Shown here: positions 1 through 10,636 of the stretch, piece after piece
Numbering within the stretch: the stretch's first letter is position 1
How the letters are laid out: every line of letters begins with the position of its first letter
NCBI GenBank assembly: GCA_043228905.1
Contig: JBHGNT010000001.1
Span: forward strand, 29,512,001 to 29,576,000
Length of the DNA stretch: 64,000 nucleotides
Direction: 5' to 3'
Source: Azolla caroliniana
Taxonomy: Eukaryota; Plantae; Polypodiophyta
The notes under the pieces: generated by a model
Told to the model about the DNA's origin: nothing
Database searches by the model: none
The model's input: only the letters and a program-made list of their open reading frames with translations
Made by a program: the position numbers and the translations under genes

Positions 1-2259
1 AATTCTAGCCTTGTGTTGCACAGATATAGGATACTTCCAATTAGAGTCAGATATTTGTTTGCTCTATCCAAAATTCCACTCCCAGTTTTCAAATCGTTTC
101 AGGTTGACCTCCATTACTGTATAAGTCAACTTGCAATCCTCTGCTATGAGAATTAAAAATGCATACTTGGTCGTGTCCATAAATATTTCCCTGGCCCTTT
201 GATGCACCTTTATTCTTGAACAGAAGTGCAATAGTTGCAGATTGTCAACTTCCTCTATTGCTTCATCCAATTTACATCAACTTCACCTTGCCCAGGTTTG
301 AGTTTGAACTGAAACCTCATGTATGGTTTTAATCCACATTAGATCAACTTCACCTTGCCCATGAGAACAGGATCGTCCACATACAGCACAAGGATCACTC
401 TTCGCTCATCTTATATTTTGATTTAGAGTGTCACAATTTCTGAACATCTAAACCTTCCCACTGTGAGATATCGGTCAATCTGCTCATACAAGACCCTTGG
501 TGTTTGGTTCAGCCCATACAGAGCTTTCCACAACGTCAAGACCTTGTTTTCAAAATCGGGTAGAATTGAATCTGCTAGCTGTGAGGAATCCATCAATCCG
601 CTCATACCAGGCCCTTGGTGGTTGCGTCAGCCACTACAGAGCTTCTGCAGCCTCAAGTCCTTGTTTTCTCAATTGGGTAGCTCAAAACCTGGCTACATTA
701 TGAATACCTCATTAGATAGCCATTCGGAAAAGTGGACTTGATTTTCATTTGGTAAACTGGCCAGTTCTGAGCCACGGGCGCTGCCAAGACTAATCGGATA
801 GTTCCTAGCAAACCAAAAGGTTCCTTAAAATCTGCTCTCTTCCTCTGCACATACCCTTTGCTACAAGCCTGACCTTGTATTTACAAACAGATCCATTAGC
901 CTTGTACTTAGTTTTGAAGATCCATTTAGTTTTGATAACTTAGATTTGAAAACACATTTTGTTTTGATAACTTTTTTCTCTGGTCGATCCACTACATCCC
1001 AAATCTAGTTCTCCAAAATACAATCCAGCTTGAACGCCATAGCCTGCTCTCCACCTAGGATCCTCCATTACCTCCTTCACAAAGCTCAATTCCTTGACGT
1101 CTTCAAGGGTCACACTTCCTAACCACTTCAGCTAATCTGGCCAAGTCATGTACCAGGCCATCTGGTTACATCTTCTGCAATATCAGGAAACTCGAGCAAC
1201 CATAGCTTCACATCTGCTATGCATGCCATAGCACTTGTCCAAGATCAATGCAATCAGCTCAAACAGATTGAGTCTTTGCTCGGTGGATCCAACTACCTAC
1301 AAATTTTCACACCTAACTTGCAAAAGGTTATCTCCAAACCAACATGTCCTAGCCTTGACACTGATGGAAGATTCCAATAAATTTGTAGAACCCAAAATAC
1401 ATTCTCCTAGAAATTCATTCCAGCACCTCAAGCCCACACAGATACTGATCTGCTTCCCTCAGCCAGACATCTCTGATTGTTTCCCACCATGGTATACGCA
1501 TCTTCGATGTCTCTTACGTTTCAGAACCATTTCCTTGGACTCAAAGGAGCCATGTCTTCCAATGTATCCATAGCTGAGTACACTTCTATGAGGAAAGCGA
1601 TCAACACTATCTGTGTCTTCCACTAACCACAGCTCTACTCTCTCGTTTTCAGCTTAATGCACAGAAGCCGTCATAGCTGATGTGAACCGAAGGCGTTAAC
1701 CTGCTGGCATGACTTTCCAGTCTCAAGCCAAATGTCCCATTTTACTATGGTAGCGGCATCTTCCATTTGAAGAATCTTGTGGCCGGATTTCCACCTTTTC
1801 TCTGTCCAATCTAGCAGAGAATGCAGTATCTCTATTTGACTGTTGAATCACCCACCATCTGCAGCTTTTCCTCTTGAAATAACACCAAAAACTCCTCAAA
1901 CAAAAGCAGGGGATTTCTTACCTAAGTGATCAACATTATGACCAGGCCATCATACCTCAAAGGTGGAGAGCAGAAATAATTTTGCTCTAACTTAATACCT
2001 GATTTCACCAATCTGACAATTGCCATCTGATCTTGAAGTTGCTTAATCGTCATGATGAACAACTCCCCCATCTGCCCAAAAGCCAACTCATTCTCAAGAT
2101 TTGGGATCCTGATCTTGTTTCTCATCTCATACTGATCCATAGGGGCACCCGCCATCTTTTATATGTGCTGAAACAGAGTTAGCACTGACTAGTTGTCCCC
2201 CTCTACATCTATCGCCCCTTTTGACAACAGTGTTTTAACAACCAATGCTGAACCTCAAA

Positions 2260-2270
2260 GCTCTGTACCA
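2260..2270 (-). promoter_or_regulatory. Primer binding site complementary to initiator tRNA-Met (one base missing)
   Basis: Minus strand reads TGGTACAGAGC versus canonical TGGTATCAGAGC, directly abutting the LTR end. Confidence 0.8.
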
Positions 2271-2564
2271 TGTTTGATTTTAAGAAAATAACAACGCACA
2301 AGATCGCAACAAAGTACACGGTAGATCAGGGAAGGAGCATATAGATGTATTAAACAGAGGCCTTAGTGCAATTACAACAGCAAGGTTTGATACAAGGGGA
2401 GCTACAGCTCATGTGCTACTAAGTAAGCAGATCCTCATACAACTCAAGAAATAAAGTGAGGAACTATTCCTAGAATACATTCTAAGGTTCCCTTCATACA
2501 CCTCCTTTTTCATGGGAACACACATGTGGGGGTTCTCGGGCACTTGTTCTCACCCTCAAAAACA
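2271..2564 (-). repeat. Probable 5' LTR of the copia element (~294 bp)
   Basis: Bounded by TGTTTGA (2271) and TCAAAAACA (2564), a TG..CA inverted terminus, adjacent to the PBS. Confidence 0.7.
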
Positions 2565-2587
2565 GTATGTATATTCTCTTAAAGAGT

Positions 2588-3087
2588 TTCTAGGCTTATG
2601 TGAATTCACAATATCAAGATGTTGTCACCACTATGCTTATGTGAATTCACAATATCAAGATGTTTCTAGGCTTATGTAAATTCACAATATCAAGATGTTG
2701 TCTTTTTTGGGGCTGAATAAAAGAGGCCATCAATAACCATCATTCATAAATGTTTGATGCAAATCAACAATATAGACATCTAATCTCATCAAATATAGAC
2801 ATCACAATAACCGTCATTCATAAAGGTTTGATGCAAATCAACAATATAGACATATAATCTCATCAAATATAAATATCACAACCACCATCATTCATAAATG
2901 TTTGACGCGAATCAATAATATAGATGAAAAAAATGAAACAGATTTCAAATCACAGTCTATAAAAAGCAAGTAAATATAGATAGATATTCATTTTTCAGTT
3001 TTTTACACTCAAACAGATTTCAAATTACAATTTATAAAGAACCAAGTAAACATAGATATATATTCACTTTTCAGTTTTTTTCACTCA
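2588..3087. repeat. Cluster of short tandem duplications (3x ~35-40 bp, 3x ~74 bp, 2x ~75 bp)
   Basis: Repeated units gcttatgtgaattcacaatatcaagatgtt; caataaccatcattcataaatgtttgatgcaaatcaacaatatagacat; aaacagatttcaaat...ttcagtttttt. Confidence 0.85.
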
Positions 3088-3379
3088 GGCAAATTTACAT
3101 TCTTGCTGCGTTTCGACGGGCTTATAGAGAATCTTGCATATGCTGTCTTCTTTGAATGTTTCGAATTCAAAGACCGATCTACGGGATTTATTGATCATTT
3201 CATTGATTTCACTGTAATCCTTTCAGATATACAGGTATATTCGCTTATTTTATTGTGCACTAGTTATTCTGCTTTTATTATCTTACTCCAGCACCTTTTA
3301 ATTTCTTAAATCGACAACTTAACCCAGAGTTTATTTCCCTTTCATTCTTTTCCATTTTTTAAGGAAGTCTTAGCATTAC

Positions 3380-4884
3380 CTCACGGGAACCTTTAGCTCG
3401 TTAGATATGGTAGAAACATAAATTGTGAACTCCTTTTCTTCATAGAATCCAATTAGATATATTTGTACAAGGTTCGGTATCTGCAAAATGCAGGTCATTT
3501 AAAATATTTCTATAGTTTGCGACTCAAGTGGGAAATGAGAGATCATTATCATATTCGTGAGAAATTTTAGCTTTACATGCAAGATCACCATCATATTCAT
3601 GAGAAAATTTTGCAGGAATTAGTGTGAATGGAATGTGTTGATTATGCAAGATGAACATCCCAAATGCATTATCATCATCTCCATAGACAAGATTTGCAAG
3701 AGCTAGTGTTAAATGTACGCATACAATCTACAACATTAGAAACCTTCACTCCTTGGTGACTGTGACATGAGCCCCCCAAATGCATCATCATTGTAGCTTG
3801 CATGAATTAGTGTGAAATGGCACGATTTTACCTCCACATGAAAGATGATCCTCAAATGTATAATCATCAAATCCATATGCAAGATTTGCAAGAACAAGTG
3901 TGAAATAGAATGATTTGGCTCAACATGCAAGATGAACCCCCCTCCCCACCAATTGCATTATCATCATCTCCATAGCCAATATTTGCAAGAGCTAGTGTGA
4001 AATGCATGCATTAGCTATACATGCAAAAAAGGCTCACAATCTACAACGTTAGAAACCTTCACTCCTTGGTGACCGTGACATGCGCCCCCCAAATGCATCA
4101 TCATTATATCCATCGTTAAAATTTGCATGAACTAGCATGAAATGACACGATTTACCTCCACATGAAAGATGATCCTCAAATGTATAATCATCATCATATC
4201 CATATGCAAGATTTGCAAGAACAAGTGTGAAATGGAATGCTTTGGCTCAACATGCAGGATGAACCCCCCCCTCTCCACCAAATGCATTATCATCATATCC
4301 ATGGGAAAAATTCCACAAACAAGTGTGAATGGAAGGCTTTAGCACCAGAGAACCCCAAATGCATCATCATCATGTCCATAGGAAAGATTTGCAAGAAATA
4401 GTCTGAAATGGATGCAAGATGAACTCGTCATCATATCCATGGGCAATTTACAAGATCAAGGTGAAAAATAATTTTAACTCTACATGGAAGATACCCCACA
4501 CACACATCATCATATTCATGGGACAAATTTGTAAGATCAAGTGTGAAACGTGATGCAAGATTACCACATCTAATGCATCATTATCGCATCCATTGACCAA
4601 ATTTTACAAAACAATGAATATTAATAATTACCTTTTTACATGCAATAATAGGATGATGAACCATGGGCTGTCCAGCTAATGGGAAAAGAGGTTTTGCCAA
4701 ATTAAGTGAAAGTGGGCGAAATCGGGTCCCTAGGAAACCAAATTTTCAGTGGTAAATCAATCATTACAACAGAAATTTCGATTGAGATAAAAAAACTATC
4801 CATGAAAAAATATTTGAGGTGCAAACCTTTAGTGGGACCTCCAACCATGATCACAGCTATATTGGTCTCCACATGAGTGCCCAT
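3380..4884 (-). CDS. GDP-mannose pyrophosphorylase-like protein (mannose-1-phosphate guanylyltransferase alpha / KONJAC type), first three coding exons; 3' part lies left of the window
   Basis: Exons 4827-4884, 4632-4729, 3380-3480 with GT/AG join to [86 protein letters not shown], the GMPPA/KJC N-terminus (GG.GTR motif with PTK insertion); likely non-coding first exon with donor near 5455. Confidence 0.93.
3590..4600. repeat. Degenerate ~75-bp minisatellite with a ~310-bp higher-order duplication in intron 2 of the KONJAC-like gene
   Basis: Recurring caaatgcatcatcatcatatccat...gatttgcaagaacaagtgtgaaatg...catgcaagatgaaccccc; block caatctacaac.ttagaaaccttcactccttggtgac at ~3725 and ~4037. Confidence 0.85.
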
Positions 4885-5727
4885 AATAATCTACCACAAA
4901 AGCATGAGATTTTATCTTAGTTTGAGGATCCCAGATTAGTACTAAAAACCCCATAATTTTTTGACACTAAAGAAACAAATGGCCAATAATAACTATTGAT
5001 CTTATTGAAATGGTTCTAACTTAGAATAGAAAACCCACAATTCAGACACGCCAGAAAATTTAAATAACCAATCCTAACACTGTTTATCTTATGAAAATGA
5101 TTCTACAACATTATAGAGAACAAAACCCCCTATTTATGAAACATGGGAACAAGTACCCATGCTAACAACTGATCTAAACGCAATTCAAAGGATTAACGGC
5201 CAACAAAAGTGACAGTTTGAAGAAGCAAATGCCCCCGATATAGTATTGATCCAATTTACATTATTCTAAATCCTTGTAGAAAAAATGGAGCCCAAGAGTA
5301 AAAGAGTGAGATTTTGTGATTTGAGGAACAAAACACCTAATAATATAATGTCGGTCTTATTGCAATGAATCTAGTTCAGTCTAAAAAACCCAAAACAACT
5401 TTGATTTTATTGTAATGAAATGCAGCTCAGTATAGACGGTAGAAGAAGGACTTACGAGAAAGAACTGAGGATTTGAGAGGAGAAAGAGAGAGCAAAGACC
5501 AGTGTTTGAAATTAATTAAGAGAAACAGATGGTTTCAACGGATGGAGTGAAGGAAGGGGAGAACGAAATAGAGACAAAGACAGGAAGAGAAAGGGAGAGA
5601 GAGAGAGAGAGTGAGAGTGTGTGGTGTGTGAGTAAGTGGAAAGGAAAAGGAAGGAAGAAGAAGGAATCAAGGGACCTCATGGCAGAATAAGCTCTTGTTT
5701 TCTTCTTGGACGTATCCTGTCCACTCA

Positions 5728-5730
<3 letters not shown>

Positions 5731-5784
<54 letters not shown>

Positions 5785-5794
5785 CTCTCTCTCT
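5731..5794. repeat. (CT)n microsatellite upstream of the KONJAC-like gene
   Basis: About 25 uninterrupted CT units, plus a (GA)n run at ~5594. Confidence 0.95.
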
Positions 5795-5889
5795 AGCTTT
5801 CAGAATGGTAGAATCTTACGTCAAAGAGCATTTTTGGTATTTACAAGTGTGACATGCTTGTAAGTTGTAGCTATGGCTCCGACTCCGGC

Positions 5890-6065
5890 TCGAACCGAAC
5901 CGAACCGTTAAGCCCCTGGTTTAACGGTTTATCGGTTCCACCATAATTACACGGTCCAGTTTGGTTCAATTATTATCAAACGGTTCGGCTTTAGTTCAGT
6001 TTTGGTTCTAAAACTCGAGTTTATCAGTTTATAGGTTTAAGTGGTTCAATTTATTGGTCTTTTTG
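5890..6065. mobile_element. Partial hAT-type MITE end rich in AACCG/CGGTT subterminal motifs
   Basis: gaaccgaaccgaaccgtt...aacggtt...cggttc repeats, same motif family as the element at 29927-30399. Confidence 0.55.
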
Positions 6066-6199
6066 GTTAACTTTTTCTTTATTTTCTTGATAGTTGATTA
6101 ATTCAACAGTTTAGCATGATGGTAGCACACCAAGAAATGAGTAGAGCATATTGCCTATGGTATGTGTTTGGTTATCTCTAAGGTTGGCTTATGACTTTG

Positions 6200-7150
6200 T
6201 TCATATATGCTAAGTGGATTGCATGGTGTAGGAGCAAATTGGTTATCATTGGGGATGGGGGAATGTGATAGATTGACAACAATTGTCGAGCAAAGCAACA
6301 ATCTGTTGTCATGATGATATGTGCTTTTCACCTACAAGGATCAAGGATGGCATATGATTTATGGAATGGCCATATAGTCACCCTTCTTGTTGTTAGGAAA
6401 ACATCATAGGTTTGTAAATTATGCCAATGATTACAATACCACCTAAGCAAGTTGAATAATAGACGTTCTATAGCATACATGCCTTGCCCTTGGATTGTTA
6501 TCATGAATTCCTCTTTGGGGTATAGATTAAATATTAAGCCGTGTTCCCTAGTTGGATCTAGCTAGGAAATGTCAACTCCATTTTTATAGAACGAAAATTA
6601 TAGATGTGGTACAAACCATAATGTTGACCACTTTTGGACTTATAAGAGACATGATTGTAGTCAAGCTATAGTGGACAACTAAATACTCGGGCGTGAAAAA
6701 TAAGTCGTAAATACTACATCAGTATATGATTTTTCTTTTTTCCAATTATCCTTTAAACCTATGAATTTGTTACAATGGTTGGACACCATTTGTAAATGTA
6801 TGGGGGAGAATTTGAAGCACTAATCATTGGAAATTCTTATATAGACTTACAAGTTACTTTCAAATCACAACGAGACCTCTAGGCTTTTGTAAGAATTCCA
6901 CTTCGTGATGTTTATTGTTTAATAAAACATCATTTATTTTTTGGTGTGTATGAAAGGAGAAAAAAATAGCATAGTTTCACATTGTATATAATGCAAGAGA
7001 AGTTCAGTGTATCATTATCACAAGATTGAGTGAAAAGACACAAGAGCACACTTCATGAAGTTGTAATTAAGAGAGCACAAGGTGGGAGACATATACAATT
7101 AATGGCTTGAGTACTAGGAATTGTGCAAGCTTATGTTGAAAAAGGCAAAG
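6200..7150 (+). mobile_element. Highly decayed gypsy-like integrase remnant
   Basis: Vestiges CKLCQ (~6413) and WGID*I..P (~6516) in the expected order; no open frame. Confidence 0.35.
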
Positions 7151-7335
7151 ATGTTATGCCTCGTAACTGATTGTTTCAAGATGAAATCAACCATTCCAAC
7201 TTGGATCCATTTGTGGGGCAATTATGTTAGTAACATATTATAGTCTTGTTTAGATCATATGCCATAACAACAAGATGAAACAAGGAAGAGTAGGAGGAAT
7301 AAAAAGAGACCAATAGAATATATGTAGGAAAGTAG

Positions 7336-7527
7336 TTCTCATTATTTATTTCTTAATGAGAACGAGAAATAGGAAATTCTATTGTCCTTTGCATTGCATC
7401 GTTTTAGTGAGGAGAGATATACAATATCATTACATAGGGGTGTTGAACTAGCAAAAAGGGCAAAAAGGACAAAAAGGACAATATAATTTCCTATGTCTCG
7501 TTCTCATTAAGAAATGAATAACGAGAA
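7336..7527. mobile_element. Fold-back/MITE-like element with ~55-bp inverted arms
   Basis: ttctcattatttatttcttaatgagaacgagaaataggaaattctattgtccttt pairs with 7473-7527 with about 4 mismatches. Confidence 0.7.
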
Positions 7528-8837
7528 TTGATGGCATAAACATTTTGGTTTGGGTGGGCCTAAATAAAGAAAATACTAATGTCATCGTAAGTAAAGTTCG
7601 ACGTTTCTACAAAAAATCATTTCACCTAATGTTTGATGGCAACAAATATGTGCAAAAACAATATAGAGTTCGTGAGTATACAAAAATACAGAGTATTTAC
7701 TATCACCGACTACCCAACAATAATGGTTTGTTTAGGGTATACTTTTTTTTCGTTGTTTTAGAAGTGCACGAGTATTGGGAGTTCATTTTCATATTCAAGT
7801 CTCGATATGCTTTACAACACACGAATCACCTTGATGCATGTGACCTTGTAAAATACACTTCTTGGATACCAGTTGCATGCAGTGTAATGAATGAAGACTT
7901 GTATGTGTGGAATCTTTGCCTTTGCAAGTTCTCCCTTTATGTAAATCTAGAGTTCCATCAATATATAAACTAACTTTATACTGAATGCACCTTTTTATAT
8001 CAAAATGTATGTGCTTCTGTTAAGAACTTGATTGGATGCCATGGTCTATGTTGATGTCACTTTTGTTTCTATACACTTTCAAGGGATTTTGAATAATTGA
8101 ATTCATCAAAGACATTTTCTAGTGGTAATCAAAACCAACTTTGACTCATGATTGATATCAACATGGTATTATTTGATGCAAAATTGATACATTTATGCAT
8201 CATGTAATATACTTTCGATGTCCCTATTGATTTAATAAAACGCGTTATTACAAGTTAACAAATCATGACCTTGCCATATCACGAAATATGTAAACATGAT
8301 GGTGTAGCGATAAAGTGTGCACTTAGAAATCATGACCTTAACTCGTGCACCAAAGTCGTAGAGGGCTTGATCTCATTATATGAAATTTATTTCCATGAAA
8401 ACAGACCATGGGTTGAAAATTGTAGATTTACTTTACAAGAGTCAATACTAATTATGAAGCACATTCACCCATAAATTTCATTTATCAAGACATGATGTCA
8501 TCCTCTAGTATTTTTTTTTGTTGCTTATGAAGAGAGCAACATAGTTGTTAGTAGGATCTTAACCGTCTTTTTAAGTGATTCACATGCAATATGGAACTTG
8601 TATCAACACTCTATATGCACGATAGTGAATGGGGAATAACAAAAGCGACGTGACAATAAATATTATATGCATACTCATATGGTAGTTGGGGACGAACACA
8701 AGATGTTGCGTGGCCTATAACATATTAAGGCATCGATAACTTCGGGAAAATAGACCACACAATTCAATTATGTTCCCAAATTGAGCCATGAATTCGATAT
8801 AGTTCCAAATGTTGTGTATCGCCAGCCAAAACGCGAA

Positions 8838-9024
8838 GGGGTGGGTGGTGAAGATTACTAGTCGTACATCTTTGGGTTTGAGACCCAGATTTCTCATCTC
8901 TCAATTACTCCGTAGTAATTGCTCCTTGTTTACTAGACGCCACTATGGAATGTGGGGGTATAACCCGTGACCATCTGGTATTCATTGGGCAACCTTACCA
9001 ATTGAGCTCCGTCCATTCGGGCTC
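8838..9024. mobile_element. Two oppositely oriented tRNA-derived SINE-like heads
   Basis: Minus strand 9024-8935 has A-box-like GAGCTCAATTGG and B-box-like GGTCACGGGTTATACCCC; plus strand 8838-8900 has GGGTTTGAGACCC followed by gatttctcatctctc, resembling the arm of the 20669 palindrome. Confidence 0.5.
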
Positions 9025-9559
9025 TATATATTTTTTGGTTCTAAATGAGAGGCAGCGTAGACGGACAAAAGCAGTATAGAGTAGAAGACATGACCATTCC
9101 ATTCCTTTTGTTTTTGTTTTTTCTTTGTGTGTGAAAATAACAAGAGACGAGTTTTATTTGGATGTGAAGACGCTCTTTTTCTAATTTTCTAATTTAAAAA
9201 AAGAGAGCAAAATAACCAAGTTAATTAAATTAATTTGTTAAAATTTTATTTATTTATTTTATTCCGCACGCATATGACTGACTGTGTATGTTGCGTCTAT
9301 CGAAGAAGACGACGAAGCCGAAGAAGAGGTTGCGCCTCCCTCGCTGCGTCAGCGATTAGGGTTTCTCGCAGGCGATTTCTGGCGGGATATAACAGACAGA
9401 GAAGAAGAATCAGTTAGGGGAAAGCAAGAAGAAGAAGGAAGAGGAAGAAGTTTGATCGTCTTTCCACCCAGACACTCAGGTGAGTCGTGTTGTGGTCTAT
9501 CCGCCTATTCGCCTCATGCCATAGTAATCCGCGTATATCATGCATGTTTTAGGACTCGT

Positions 9560-10250
9560 CATTTTCTTGTAAATCCCTATTGTAGAAATCCGTGACGTAT
9601 TGCCTACATATACGGTGTAGGAATCATCACTTTTCTATATCATGTTGTAAAATCATCAATTTTCCACATAATGTCGTAGACAATTATTTTCACACATTGT
9701 ACAGTACAGCTCATCAGAATTTCGTCGTTTTGAAAAACAAAAAGCATCATTTGGCAAATTGTTCACATCAGTGCTATAGAAATCATCAAATTTCACATCA
9801 TTCTTTGGAAATTATCATTCCTCACATGATTCTTTCTCCATTTATGGATATGGCATAAAGTACATGCCTACGTGTTGGGATGCATTAATATTTGCCTGAG
9901 ATTTAGTAATCTACATATATCCAGTAGTTGTAGTAGTAATCTACATATATGCCACTTATTGTAGAAAACATCATTTCTCACATGTTTAGTAAGTCAGATA
10001 GCTCATAAATATTGTAGAAAACAATGCATACTTGAATTTAGAAAGCAACATTGCCCACTCGATGCTTTCTTCATTCATGGGTATTTCAAAAAGCACATGA
10101 TGCGCATGTGTTGATTTATTCATTTCCCACATGTTTAGTTGTCCACAATCACACACATTGTAGAAAGCATCATTTCTCATATCAATTTTGTAATAATCCA
10201 CAAATCTACCACATTTTACAGAAAGTATTATTTTCCACATTATAAAGCAG
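9560..10250. repeat. Degenerate tandem array in the 5'-UTR intron of the lipase gene
   Basis: Repeated ttgtagaaa(a/t/g)catcattt(t/c)tcacat cores, starting just after the donor cag|gtgagt at 9479/9480. Confidence 0.7.
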
Positions 10251-10636
10251 GTTGAACTATGATTGTTAACATATTTGGCTATTCGATCATCATTTCTCAT
10301 GGATGAATTGTACATGATTTTGATGTTTTCTTTCGTTACAATGATACTTTCTGTATTGATGAATATCACATAAAGCAGTTTGTTTGTGAACTCAGACCTT
10401 TCAGAAGGCTCTTCTTTTGGCTTGTCAATCATAATATCAAAGGTACATGTTTTTGACAATGTATTTATATCTCCCGCATGTTGAGGACATTGAGTTCTAC
10501 ATTGAGGGAGCTGGCATAAAACAGGTTGATCTGGCACTGTGAACTTGCATCCTTGAGAAGTCTATTCTGGTGGATTTGTCGATAATCAACTCTAGACTCT
10601 ACACACATCCACGGTACATGGTTTTGGTTGCTCATT

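Larger units (their letters stand above)
1..2564 (-). mobile_element. Decayed Ty1/copia LTR retrotransposon (5' LTR, PBS, gag-pol remnants) inside intron 3 of the KONJAC-like gene; continues past the left edge
   Basis: Minus-strand RT motifs YKARLV..GY (~870), LWKALYGLNQTPR (~520), VILVLYVDD (~375-400) and pre-integrase RLGHVG (~1345); gag-like ORF starts at 2155; many stops and frameshifts. Confidence 0.9.

Noticed and set aside
2588-2925. Regularly spaced ~35-bp repeats resembling a CRISPR array
   Set aside because: Units are contiguous tandem duplications without unique spacers, in a eukaryotic intron with no cas genes
7545-8500. 142-aa ORF and possible MULE/SWIM remnant
   Set aside because: Only a frameshifted CCK-HI hint; insufficient to assign
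8935-9024. Functional tRNA gene
   Set aside because: B-box is degenerate and no complete cloverleaf or acceptor stem can be formed
9986-10537. 183-aa minus-strand ORF
   Set aside because: Antisense to the lipase 5'-UTR intron repeat array; no recognisable domain
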